A stretch of DNA of 41,094 nucleotides from Promethearchaeota archaeon (GTDB lineage: Archaea > Asgardarchaeota > Lokiarchaeia > Sigyniarchaeales > SOKP01): positions 1 through 41,094 of the forward strand of contig JAUWHC010000001.1 in NCBI GenBank assembly GCA_030606095.1, read 5' to 3'. Shown here in pieces: positions 1 through 8,051 of the stretch. Both the position numbers and the translations under genes were made by a program. The first letter of the stretch is position 1. The number at the start of each line of letters is the position of its first letter. The notes below the pieces were generated by a model. That model saw only the letters and a list, made by a program, of their open reading frames with translations, did no database searches and was not told where the DNA came from.

Positions 1-22
1 GAAAAAACATTATTTGAAAAAC

Positions 23-124
23 GCTTCTGTAGTGTAGTACGGCCAAGCTTTCCTTAAAGGAAAGGGCTTCGCATGCTAGGCTTTCACCCTGGTGACCCGG
101 GTTCGAATCCCGGCAGAAGCACCA
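23..124 (+). tRNA. tRNA-Glu(UUC) with a ~24-nt non-canonical intron in the D-arm; CCA is encoded
   Basis: Acceptor stem gcttctg (23-29) pairs with cagaagc (114-120); discriminator a121 is followed by cca 122-124. Anticodon stem ctagg (76-80)/cctgg (88-92), loop ctttcac with ttc at 83-85. T arm ccggg-ttcgaat-cccgg (97-113). The D arm gtgt-agtacggccaa...gcat is split by 47-70 (gctttccttaaaggaaagggcttc, containing a ctttcc/ggaaag hairpin). Removing 24 nt leaves a 75-nt body, the normal size for archaeal tRNA-Glu. Confidence 0.85.
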
Positions 125-160
125 CCAGCAATTGGTGGAAAGCATTGGAAATTTACAGTA

Positions 161-325
161 GCCTCGATAGCTCAGTTAGTGGGGGCATCAATTCGGTGTG
201 CTCGATAAAGTAGAGCGCTCGGCTAAAATTTGTGGGTTTTATCACAATTTCCGAAAGTTAACCGAATGGTCGCATGTTCGATCCATAAAACTCTTGAATT
301 CCAAGGTTTGGAAAAGCTCGGGGCG
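161..325 (+). tRNA. tRNA-Asn(GUU) interrupted by three introns (D-loop, anticodon loop 33/34, T-stem)
   Basis: Acceptor gcctcga (161-167) pairs with tcggggc (318-324, one G-U); discriminator g325. D stem gctc (170-173)/gagc (213-216) encloses 39 nt instead of 8-9. Anticodon stem ctcgg (218-222)/ccgaa (262-266) encloses ct + 32 nt (225-256) + gttaa, giving loop CUGUUAA. T stem gcatg (272-276), loop ttcgatc, then cat (284-286) and gc (316-317) separated by 29 nt (287-315). 165 nt minus about 91 nt of introns gives about 74 nt. A T-rich tract follows. Confidence 0.65.
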
Positions 326-343
326 CTTATTTTCTCTCTTTAT

Positions 344-499
344 TTACTTATATTTTAATTTTTTGATCTTATGAAGTTCTTCGAGATCTTTTTCACTTAA
401 GATGATATGCCTATCGTTATTTTCACCTGAGATGATAACAAATTCCTTATTTACAAAGTTTGCTAGATTCTTTCTAATATTTCGAGTAATCACTCCCAC
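344..499 (-). CDS. Small ORF (about 51 aa from GTG) resembling the C-terminal half of a winged-helix/HTH regulator; possibly a gene fragment
   Basis: My own translation: (IAES)VGVITRNIRKNLANFVNKEFVIISGENNDRHIILSEKDLEELHKIKKLKYK*. It has a recognition-helix-plus-wing pattern but lacks the N-terminal helices. It is too short to appear in the ORF track. Confidence 0.25.
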   Translation of the reverse strand: MGVITRNIRKNLANFVNKEFVIISGENNDRHIILSEKDLEELHKIKKLKYK

Positions 500-664
500 G
501 CTCTCAGCTATAGGTTAATGTTTAAATTCACAACTTATAGATTATTATAATAAAGTTGATAGAAATTTATTAAAAAGAAGGTTTCCCAATTTCCATAATT
601 CTAATTAATTTTAAATAAGTTTCTTTTTTGCGGTTAAAATGGCAATTTCTAAAAATAGGGCAAA

Positions 665-1201
665 TTACGCTTGGTTTGCGTAAAATATAAGCCACTTTGC
701 CATGGCTTGAAACGATTCGTTTATGTTAATATTTTCTTTTGAAGAAGTGAAAACGCATTGATTGCATTTAGCATTTTGGGCGTATTCATTCGCGATTTTG
801 AAATCAACTTCGTGGTTCGATAAATCCCACTTCATACCCATAAGAATAATAGGCACAAAACCTGCTTTTTTGCGAATAATTTTTAGCCAACCTTGAATTT
901 CTCTGAAAGTGTCGTAATCCGTAATATCAAAGCAAATAAGCGCTCCACTAGCTCCCTTACAATAGTCTGGTAAAAGCTCTCGGAAGCGTTTTTCTCCTGC
1001 GAAGTCCCACAATTGCATTTTTACGGACTCTCCTGTGTCAAGGACTTCTGACTTTGTGTGGAATCCTGCACCTATAGTCATCTTATAGCCTTCTTCAAAT
1101 TTTCCTGTACAATATCGAGTCACCATAGCAGTTTTTCCCACACCACCCGCTCCTGCTACGATCACTTTAAAAATCCATGAACTCATCATTTTTTTAATCA
1201 T
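665..1201 (-). CDS. Ras-superfamily small GTPase (Rab/Ras-like) with divergent G3 and G4 motifs
   Basis: G1 GAGGVGKT; switch I YKMTIGAGF (Rab-like TIGxxF); G3 WDFAGEKRF (compare WDTAGQERF); G4 GMKWD (compare NKxD); G5 SSK. No C-terminal Cys prenylation motif. Confidence 0.85.
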   Translation of the reverse strand: MIKKMMSSWIFKVIVAGAGGVGKTAMVTRYCTGKFEEGYKMTIGAGFHTKSEVLDTGESVKMQLWDFAGEKRFRELLPDYCKGASGALICFDITDYDTFREIQGWLKIIRKKAGFVPIILMGMKWDLSNHEVDFKIANEYAQNAKCNQCVFTSSKENININESFQAMAKWLIFYANQA

Positions 1202-1419
1202 GAATTATTTTTTTTTAATTATAATAAATAAGAATTTGTTTTATAATGTTGTTAATTACAAAACCTAAAATCCAAATCAATCAACTCTTAAAAAAAATTT
1301 AACACTTTTAAAATTATACAAAACTAAAATAAAAAAAAGGTTTTTATAAGATTTAGTTCTATTATTTTTTAGTACTGTATTTTAATAAGTTTTAATAATA
1401 AAGGTTGTGAAAAAGGAGT

Positions 1420-1767
1420 ATTAAAGAAGAAGACATTTGTCCGGTATGTAGTTTTCCGAAAGACCTATGTATATGCGATAGTTTAAGCGCAGATGAACAA
1501 CAAATTATTATCTCTAACGATCGAAGAAAATGGGGGCGTGTGGTTACAGTTATAACCTTCGAAGGAAATATAGACGCTAACTTAAAGGATATCCTTACAC
1601 AAGCCAAAAAGAAATGTGCTTCTGGAGGAACTGTTAGAGGAAATTTAATCGAACTCCAAGGCGACCACAAATTCAAGTTGAAAAAATTTTTAATTGACTT
1701 GGGATTCCCTGAAGAAAATATTATCATTCGACAGGGGATGATGAAGAAACCCTATAGAAAATATTAA
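1420..1767 (+). CDS. Translation initiation factor aSUI1 (eIF1 homologue); start assigned to an in-frame ATT because no canonical start precedes the conserved N-terminus
   Basis: The track ORF (1540-1767) carries the SUI1 core GGTVRGNLIELQGDHKFKLKKFLIDLGF. The same frame is open back to 1411 (stop tga at 1408-1410) and encodes KEEDICPVCSFPKDLCICDSLSADEQQIIISNDRRKWGRVVTVI. This matches the CPxCGLPxELCxC...RRxGK N-terminus of archaeal SUI1. The 5' boundary is uncertain. Confidence 0.8.
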   Translation: MKEEDICPVCSFPKDLCICDSLSADEQQIIISNDRRKWGRVVTVITFEGNIDANLKDILTQAKKKCASGGTVRGNLIELQGDHKFKLKKFLIDLGFPEENIIIRQGMMKKPYRKY

Positions 1768-1830
1768 TAAGTTCATTTGCATTTTTTTTATTTTTATTTT
1801 AATGTTAAAAAAGAGATAAATTAGATTTCA

Positions 1831-2268
1831 ATGAGTGCAATATTTTTCAAGGTAATTTTTAAGGGGACAAAAGGAGATGAAAATGAATCGCATTCATTAA
1901 CTTTTAAAAGCATAGTCTCTGATAAACCGATTAACGTTCCTTCTCAATATTTTTCGTCTCTAAAAATATTAAGTCAAGAGCGTCAAAATGTAATAAATTT
2001 TCAAAACATACGAGAAGTGATAAAAAGTGGAGATGTAGCTATAAATTATAATTTTAATTATTATATCGTTATTCTCTACACATATTTATCAAATGGAAAA
2101 AAGGAAGGTTTTTTAATTGGGAATGTAAAAAAGTTAGGAGATATTCTAATTGGTATTTGGCCATTTAATCAACAGTATACCCAACTTACATCAGAAATGA
2201 TATTAGAAAAGTTAGATGTACTAATCAGTAGCGAGAATTTTAAAAATATAAGTGTAATTTATTCATAA
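1831..2268 (+). CDS. Hypothetical protein (145 aa), near the small GTPase gene on the opposite strand
   Basis: ATG-initiated ORF with no recognisable motif. The predicted alternation of beta-strands and helices is compatible with a small alpha/beta (longin/roadblock-type) fold, but this is not demonstrable by eye. Confidence 0.5.
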   Translation: MSAIFFKVIFKGTKGDENESHSLTFKSIVSDKPINVPSQYFSSLKILSQERQNVINFQNIREVIKSGDVAINYNFNYYIVILYTYLSNGKKEGFLIGNVKKLGDILIGIWPFNQQYTQLTSEMILEKLDVLISSENFKNISVIYS

Positions 2269-2295
2269 AAAAATCTACAATTAAACCTAAAAACT

Positions 2296-3231
2296 TTATA
2301 AGAATGTATCATCATTCTTCTTTAAGAAATCTAATAACTCCCTTTCTTTAGGCATACCAGATCTCGCACCTAAATTTTGGATCTTTAAAGAAGCTGCCGC
2401 ATTAGCGTATTTACAACTCTTTTCTAAATCCCAACCTTTAATCCAGTAAGCTAGAGAAAACGCACCATTGAATGTATCTCCTGCCCCCGTAGTATCAATA
2501 ATATTTTTAATATCGTAAGTTGGTATCCTTTTTTGAAAGTCAGTTGTGGTTATTAACGCTCCCTTATTTCCTAAAGTAATAATTACAATAGGTATCCCTT
2601 TTTTCACTAAAATATTAGCTGCTTTTTCAGGACTGTCGCTGTTCGTTATTGATTTTGCCCCTTCTTTATTTGGAATTAAAATATCAGCATTTAAAAGCAT
2701 ATTTTTTAAATTTTCCCAACCTCTTTGCGCAATTTGAGATTCTAAATCAATACTAATTTTAACGTTATTTCTTTTAGCAATTTCAATGGCTTTTTCAGTA
2801 ACTTCCTGATGAATCATTGTAGTATGTAATAGCTTAGATTCTGCTATAAAAGATTCATTTAAATCCTTGACATCAATTTTTGTTGTTTGCATGTGAGGAG
2901 ATTGAATTATTGACTTTTCCCCTTTAGCAATAAATATAAAATTAACAGGCGTTTTTTTATCTAGCTTCTTTACAATAAAAGTTGTGTCTACCTTTTCTTT
3001 AACGAAATCATCAACCAAGAAATCCCCATACGGATCCCCTCCAACAGCCCCTATAAATCCACACAACCCCCCCAATCTAGCTACTGCTACTAAATAATTA
3101 GCTGTAACACCGCCTGAAAAATAATTCTCGCTTACTGCATCAATTTTTTCATCCGGTCTTGGAAAATGTGGTATTTCGGCAACCCAATCTAAAACCACTT
3201 CGCCTAACCCAACAATATCAACATGTTTCAT
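2296..3231 (-). CDS. PfkB-family carbohydrate/nucleoside kinase (ribokinase-like)
   Basis: N-terminal GLGEVVLD, a GG dipeptide region, and the C-terminal PfkB signature DTTGAGDTFNGAF. Confidence 0.85.
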   Translation of the reverse strand: MKHVDIVGLGEVVLDWVAEIPHFPRPDEKIDAVSENYFSGGVTANYLVAVARLGGLCGFIGAVGGDPYGDFLVDDFVKEKVDTTFIVKKLDKKTPVNFIFIAKGEKSIIQSPHMQTTKIDVKDLNESFIAESKLLHTTMIHQEVTEKAIEIAKRNNVKISIDLESQIAQRGWENLKNMLLNADILIPNKEGAKSITNSDSPEKAANILVKKGIPIVIITLGNKGALITTTDFQKRIPTYDIKNIIDTTGAGDTFNGAFSLAYWIKGWDLEKSCKYANAAASLKIQNLGARSGMPKERELLDFLKKNDDTFL

Positions 3232-3320
3232 GTTTTCAATCTAAAAACTAATAATTATTAAGATAATTAATGAAATAGAAACAAAAATTAATAAAAAAGC
3301 TTTTTTGTATAAAATTTTAT

Positions 3321-5045
3321 TTAAGTCAAGATTTCCTTCATACTATTATCTAATTCTTCTTCCACATTGATATCCTTAAAATCTGAAGCAACTATTTCAT
3401 AGGAATCACTAAAATCATTAAATTTTACTGAACCTCTAATCATAATATCTCTTCCAACGATTTCAGCAGAGAATTTTTCTAATAATTTTTCATAATCTGG
3501 AGTATCTTTAACTTTTATAATTGTATCGGCCTTCTTTCCAATTAATTTTTCTGCTGCGTCTCCAATAAATGTAGCCCTAATTTTACCGCTTTCATCTTCT
3601 ACAAAATGACTAACAATCATTGTAAGTTTAGTATTACCTTTTTGGTCGCATTTACAATTATCAATTTTTCTTCTACAAGTAGTACAAGCTTCGTAGAAAT
3701 TGATTTTTTTTAATTCATTAGAAATAAATCCCTTTATTTCAAAAAACCCAGATGATTGTATCGAATTAATTTCAGTAAAATTTCTTGAAAAAGTTCGACG
3801 TTTTTCTTTTGATGGAGTTTCTGAGATTTTTAGATTGGGGATGTTTAAATCAATTTTTTCTATACTTGAGTCATTTTGAATTGTTGCCTCGATTTTTTGC
3901 CAATAATTACTGAATTTTAGCTCAACATTTTTCAATAAAATGCCATCCCCGTTTTTTAAAGACTTCGATAATTCATCTGCTTTTTCTCGCCAAGCATTAA
4001 CTCTTATTGTATCTGTATCATCGCTTACATTAAAACTTAATAAAGACACTTCATCTCCAGTTTTTAATGATATTTTTCTTAAATCATCTATAGTCATTAA
4101 AATTCCTTGAAACGATATATAACCCTTTTCTTTTTGAAGATTTTCGATCTTATCAATAAATTTTGCCTTTAAATTTATTTCTTTATCTTTTTTTGTAATA
4201 GTTGTTCGAGAAGTCGCATGTAAATCAATTGCATTTTGTGCATAGTTACTTTTTCTAGGGTTTACATTAGTAAGTGAAATAAAATCACCAACTTCAACAT
4301 CTTTTATTTTTTCAATATCATCGTTCCAAAAACTTATCCTAATTTGTCCTGTTGAATCTCTCACTTTTAAGGAAGCAACCCTACCACTTTGTCCATCTTT
4401 CTTAATAAATTCCTTTATCGGTAATTTATTCATTACTTTTCCTTCAGTTGATATAGATCCTAAATCATCATTGATATTCTGTATTTGTCTAAACTCGTCT
4501 TTAACTTTTTGATACTTTTTATAGTCAACATCCTCTGGCGCTAAAATTATTTTACTAAATCTTCCAACATGAATCTCTATTCCATCGAATCTTCCTTTTT
4601 TTGCATTGCCATTTAGAATTTTAACAATTTCATTTTTTTCAAAGCGCTCATCTTTAAAAATGCTCACTTGGTCATCCCATAAAACAATTCGGATATCGCC
4701 TGTATTATCATGCAACAAAAACGATCCTACATGTCCAGTTTCTCCGCTGCTTTTATTGAAACTATTAACATGAAATATATCCTTAATTCTACCGACTATA
4801 ACAATATTTTTCATATTTAATGTAATATCTGAGATATTTAACTCAATTTCATTCAAAAGTTCCTTATTTTCACTCGTCACATCTACTCCTAACTCTTTAG
4901 CGATTACAAACAAAGCTCCTTCGTCTGAGATTAAACCCTTAAGTTCTTCTTTTTTCTCTTCTACTAAGCTTTGAATATCAATTCTAGATAGACCAGTATC
5001 TTCAATAATTTTATTAATATATGCTTCCGTTTTCATTTCTTTCAC
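3321..5045 (-). CDS. Replication protein A large subunit (multi-OB-fold ssDNA-binding protein with zinc finger)
   Basis: The N-terminal helical domain (LISDEGALFVIAKELGV) is typical of archaeal RPA. There are repeated OB-like modules (GRIxxI...G.V..L...D.TG.IR...W). The last OB fold carries a CTTCRRKIDNCKC zinc motif. Confidence 0.8.
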   Translation of the reverse strand: MKEMKTEAYINKIIEDTGLSRIDIQSLVEEKKEELKGLISDEGALFVIAKELGVDVTSENKELLNEIELNISDITLNMKNIVIVGRIKDIFHVNSFNKSSGETGHVGSFLLHDNTGDIRIVLWDDQVSIFKDERFEKNEIVKILNGNAKKGRFDGIEIHVGRFSKIILAPEDVDYKKYQKVKDEFRQIQNINDDLGSISTEGKVMNKLPIKEFIKKDGQSGRVASLKVRDSTGQIRISFWNDDIEKIKDVEVGDFISLTNVNPRKSNYAQNAIDLHATSRTTITKKDKEINLKAKFIDKIENLQKEKGYISFQGILMTIDDLRKISLKTGDEVSLLSFNVSDDTDTIRVNAWREKADELSKSLKNGDGILLKNVELKFSNYWQKIEATIQNDSSIEKIDLNIPNLKISETPSKEKRRTFSRNFTEINSIQSSGFFEIKGFISNELKKINFYEACTTCRRKIDNCKCDQKGNTKLTMIVSHFVEDESGKIRATFIGDAAEKLIGKKADTIIKVKDTPDYEKLLEKFSAEIVGRDIMIRGSVKFNDFSDSYEIVASDFKDINVEEELDNSMKEILT

Positions 5046-5209
5046 TATTTTAAAAAGGTTTGTTTATTCAAAGATAATTTTAGAATTAATACTTTAAAAA
5101 TAAAACTATTTAATTATTAATTAATCACTATTTTTAAAAAATAAGGGTACATCATATTGGTAATTTGTTGATTTTATCCTAGAAAAAATAAAAATATTAA
5201 GTCGAAAAG

Positions 5210-5953
5210 ATGAGTAGTTTTAAGATCATACCCGTAATTGATGTGTTAAATTCTGAAGCAGTCCATGCCATAAAAGGGGAACGAGAGAGATATAAACCGT
5301 TAAAGGCGGTTTGGATAAATAACTGTGATCCAATAAAAATAGTAAAAAAATTGAAAGATGATTATGAAATCAATGATATATATATGGCCGATTTAGATGC
5401 AATAATCAAAAGAGAACCTAATTTTAAGTTATTAGAAAAAATTTTAGCCATACCAAATGTTAAAATCATTATTGATCCAGGAATTTTGTCTATAAAGAAT
5501 GTTAAAATATATTCTAAATATAACTTAGATGCATTAATTTTAGGATTAGAGACAATAAAAAATTTAAAAGTTATTTCTAAATGTTTAAAAATTTATGGTA
5601 AGAATAAAACCATTGTAAGTATAGACATGTATAACGAATTGATTCAAACCAATATAAAAGAATTACAAAACCAGAAACCAATTGAAATTATAAAGAAGAT
5701 TGAAAATTTAGGTGTTGAAAAAATAATTCTACTTGATCTTTATAAAGTAGGACAAAAGTTAGGTGGAATCCCGCAGTTATATCAAGAAATAAGGGATGAA
5801 TTTAAGGGGAATATAATTGTTGGAGGAGGAATTAAGGATATGGATGATATTAAATTATATAATCAGCAAAATTTCTCAGGAGTTCTAATAGGGACCGCTT
5901 TACACGATGGAACTATTAATATTGAAAAAATAAGAAAGTTTAATCAAAGTTAA
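5210..5953 (+). CDS. HisA/HisF-related (beta/alpha)8-barrel protein (COG1411-like)
   Basis: IIPVIDVLNSEAVHAIKGERERY near the N-terminus and GGGIKDMDDI...GVLIGTALHDG near the C-terminus, the pattern of HisA/HisF-like phosphate-binding barrels. Confidence 0.6.
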   Translation: MSSFKIIPVIDVLNSEAVHAIKGERERYKPLKAVWINNCDPIKIVKKLKDDYEINDIYMADLDAIIKREPNFKLLEKILAIPNVKIIIDPGILSIKNVKIYSKYNLDALILGLETIKNLKVISKCLKIYGKNKTIVSIDMYNELIQTNIKELQNQKPIEIIKKIENLGVEKIILLDLYKVGQKLGGIPQLYQEIRDEFKGNIIVGGGIKDMDDIKLYNQQNFSGVLIGTALHDGTINIEKIRKFNQS

Positions 5954-6480
5954 TCAATAAAAATCACACCAGAACTTGATACATTTAAAGATTTTTTACA
6001 AACTGGACAAGCATGTTTCATTCTAACCCAATCTATGAAATGTCCTTTATGGGCTTTCGCTTCACAAATTGGACAACCAGTCACTTCATCGAAAATTTCG
6101 ATGTTCTTTCCACAAACTGTACATTTCGTTTTAGATGCAGTAGATATTCTTATAATTTCCTTTTTTATATCAAGCACAACGTTTTCAGTATTTTCGGCAG
6201 TAGGATTAATCTGTTTTAATTCTGTTTTAGTATCAACGCAAAAGATAGTTCCTTCGCTATCATCCTTTTTATTACCAATCCAAACAACCTTACCCTTGAA
6301 ATAACTGGATCCTTGATTTTCTAAAGAGAGGTTCAATCTTCGATCTTCCATTACAAATGTTTGAATAACTTTAGTATATTTTAACCAATCTAAATTTAAG
6401 GATATTTGTTTAATAACTTCAAACGGTTCTCTAAATACTTCGTTAGTTATGTCTATTTTTGTGATTTCTTTTGGGGACAT
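5950..6480 (-). CDS. Protein with a C-terminal RING/PHD-like cross-brace zinc finger
   Basis: CTVC-x12-CPIC-x4-H-x2-H-FIDWV-x6-CPVCKK gives eight ligands (C2-C2-H2-C2). It also has the IxxW and CPxC(K/R) hallmarks of RING-H2 domains. The N-terminal ~120 aa has no recognisable motif. Confidence 0.6.
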   Translation of the reverse strand: MSPKEITKIDITNEVFREPFEVIKQISLNLDWLKYTKVIQTFVMEDRRLNLSLENQGSSYFKGKVVWIGNKKDDSEGTIFCVDTKTELKQINPTAENTENVVLDIKKEIIRISTASKTKCTVCGKNIEIFDEVTGCPICEAKAHKGHFIDWVRMKHACPVCKKSLNVSSSGVIFID

Positions 6481-6688
6481 AATAAATTCATGATTTTTTT
6501 GATATTTAATAATAATTATTTAATTTAAATTTTTATATCATTTGTTCTTAATATGTTTTAATAAAATTACAAATATCTAAAAATAAAAAAATATTTTAGC
6601 TTGATAATATAGAAGATCTATTATTAAACGCATTTATATATTAAAACGAGTAAATTCTAATCGTTCCATTCAAAATTACATCTAAATT

Positions 6689-7432
6689 TTGGTGATTATG
6701 CAAAAAAAAATCAAATTATTGATAAGCCCTAAAGATATTGAAGAAGCAAAGGTTATAGTTCAAGATAAAGATGTGAATTATATCGATTGCAAAAATCCAA
6801 GTGAAGGTTCTCTTGGAGCAAATTTTCCTTGGATTATTAAAAAAATGAAGGGCTTAATTCCTCCCAATAGCTCTCAATTATTGAGCGCAACTATTGGAGA
6901 TTTTCCTAATTTACCTGGTTCAGCCTCGTTAGCAGCTCTAGGTGCTGCAGTATCGGGGGCAGATATTATTAAAGTGGGGCTTAAAGGGTCAAATACCGAA
7001 AAAGAAGGCATATATTTAATGACTAAAGTTGTAAAAGCTGTAAAAGATTATGATATGGATATAAAGATCGTCGTAGCGGGTTATGCCGATAGAATACGGA
7101 TGAATTCATCACCAGATTTTTTATCCATCCCCACTATCGCAGAAAAATCTGGTTCTGATATTGCAATGCTTGATACATACATCAAAGATGGAAAAAATTT
7201 GTTCGATTTTTTAAATGTTACACAATTAAAACAGTTTAGAGATAAATCAAAAGAGTTAAACCTTGAAGTTGCTCTAGCTGGAAACTTATTAAAAGATTCA
7301 ATCCCAAAAATAAAAGAGATCTCACCCGATTTAATTGGCGTTAGGAGCGTGGTTTGTGAAGGATATGACAGAAATCATGGAATGATTAAAGGTTATCTTA
7401 TTGAAGAATTAAAATCAGAATTATACAATTAA
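6689..7432 (+). CDS. mfnB: (5-formylfuran-3-yl)methyl phosphate synthase (methanofuran biosynthesis, MfnB family)
   Basis: LLISPKD..EA, IDCKNPSEGSLGANFPWIIK, SATIGDFPNLPGSASLAALGAAVSGADIIKVGL and DIAMLDT match my memory of M. jannaschii MfnB closely. The start may instead be the ATG at 6698. Confidence 0.75.
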   Translation: MVIMQKKIKLLISPKDIEEAKVIVQDKDVNYIDCKNPSEGSLGANFPWIIKKMKGLIPPNSSQLLSATIGDFPNLPGSASLAALGAAVSGADIIKVGLKGSNTEKEGIYLMTKVVKAVKDYDMDIKIVVAGYADRIRMNSSPDFLSIPTIAEKSGSDIAMLDTYIKDGKNLFDFLNVTQLKQFRDKSKELNLEVALAGNLLKDSIPKIKEISPDLIGVRSVVCEGYDRNHGMIKGYLIEELKSELYN

Positions 7433-7439
7433 GCTGTTT

Positions 7440-7964
7440 ATGAAAGAATTTCAAATAGACGATTCAGATATCAGTATAAAAGAAGCAAATAAAGAAGATT
7501 TAATTGATTTGAATCTGTGTGCTAAAGAATTTTTACAATTAATTGAAGATTTTAGTATCAATTTTTTAAATCGCAAATATTTTACTTTAACGGCATATTA
7601 TAAGAAACTTTTAGTAGGAATTTTAGTTGCGGAAGAAAAAAATTACAAGGTCGATTCTTTAGAAAAAATTGTACCAAAAACAAATCTCCATTTGATATAT
7701 GTAAATCCAAATTTCAGGAAAAAGCATATTGGAAAAAAACTATTAATAAACTACTTAACTATTCAAAAAAAAAAGGGAATTGCTTCAATTTTTGTAAAAT
7801 TACCCCATAAATATAAAAAAGGGATTCTATTTTTTCAATACAATAAGTTTCATCAAATTAATAAAGTGAAAGATAAAATTATTTTAGAAATTAATTTATG
7901 GAACGATTTCGGAATTAGATCTTCTGAATTTATAGCAAATAATCTTAGTGATGTATTTAATTGA
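7440..7964 (+). CDS. GNAT-family N-acetyltransferase (divergent)
   Basis: LHLIYVNPNFRKKHIGKKLL resembles the acetyl-CoA-binding motif A (Q/RxxGxG/A); size is about 170 aa. Confidence 0.55.
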   Translation: MKEFQIDDSDISIKEANKEDLIDLNLCAKEFLQLIEDFSINFLNRKYFTLTAYYKKLLVGILVAEEKNYKVDSLEKIVPKTNLHLIYVNPNFRKKHIGKKLLINYLTIQKKKGIASIFVKLPHKYKKGILFFQYNKFHQINKVKDKIILEINLWNDFGIRSSEFIANNLSDVFN

Positions 7965-8051
7965 ATATTTATCTGAGAAACGCTTTTTAAATTTTTTAAA
8001 TAATCGTTCTATTTAATAACATTATTTTGGTTACATTAATAAATTAAATTT

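Noticed and set aside
1392-1727. 111-aa ORF on the minus strand
   Set aside because: It is antisense to the well-supported aSUI1 coding frame, has a low-complexity hydrophobic translation and no motif.
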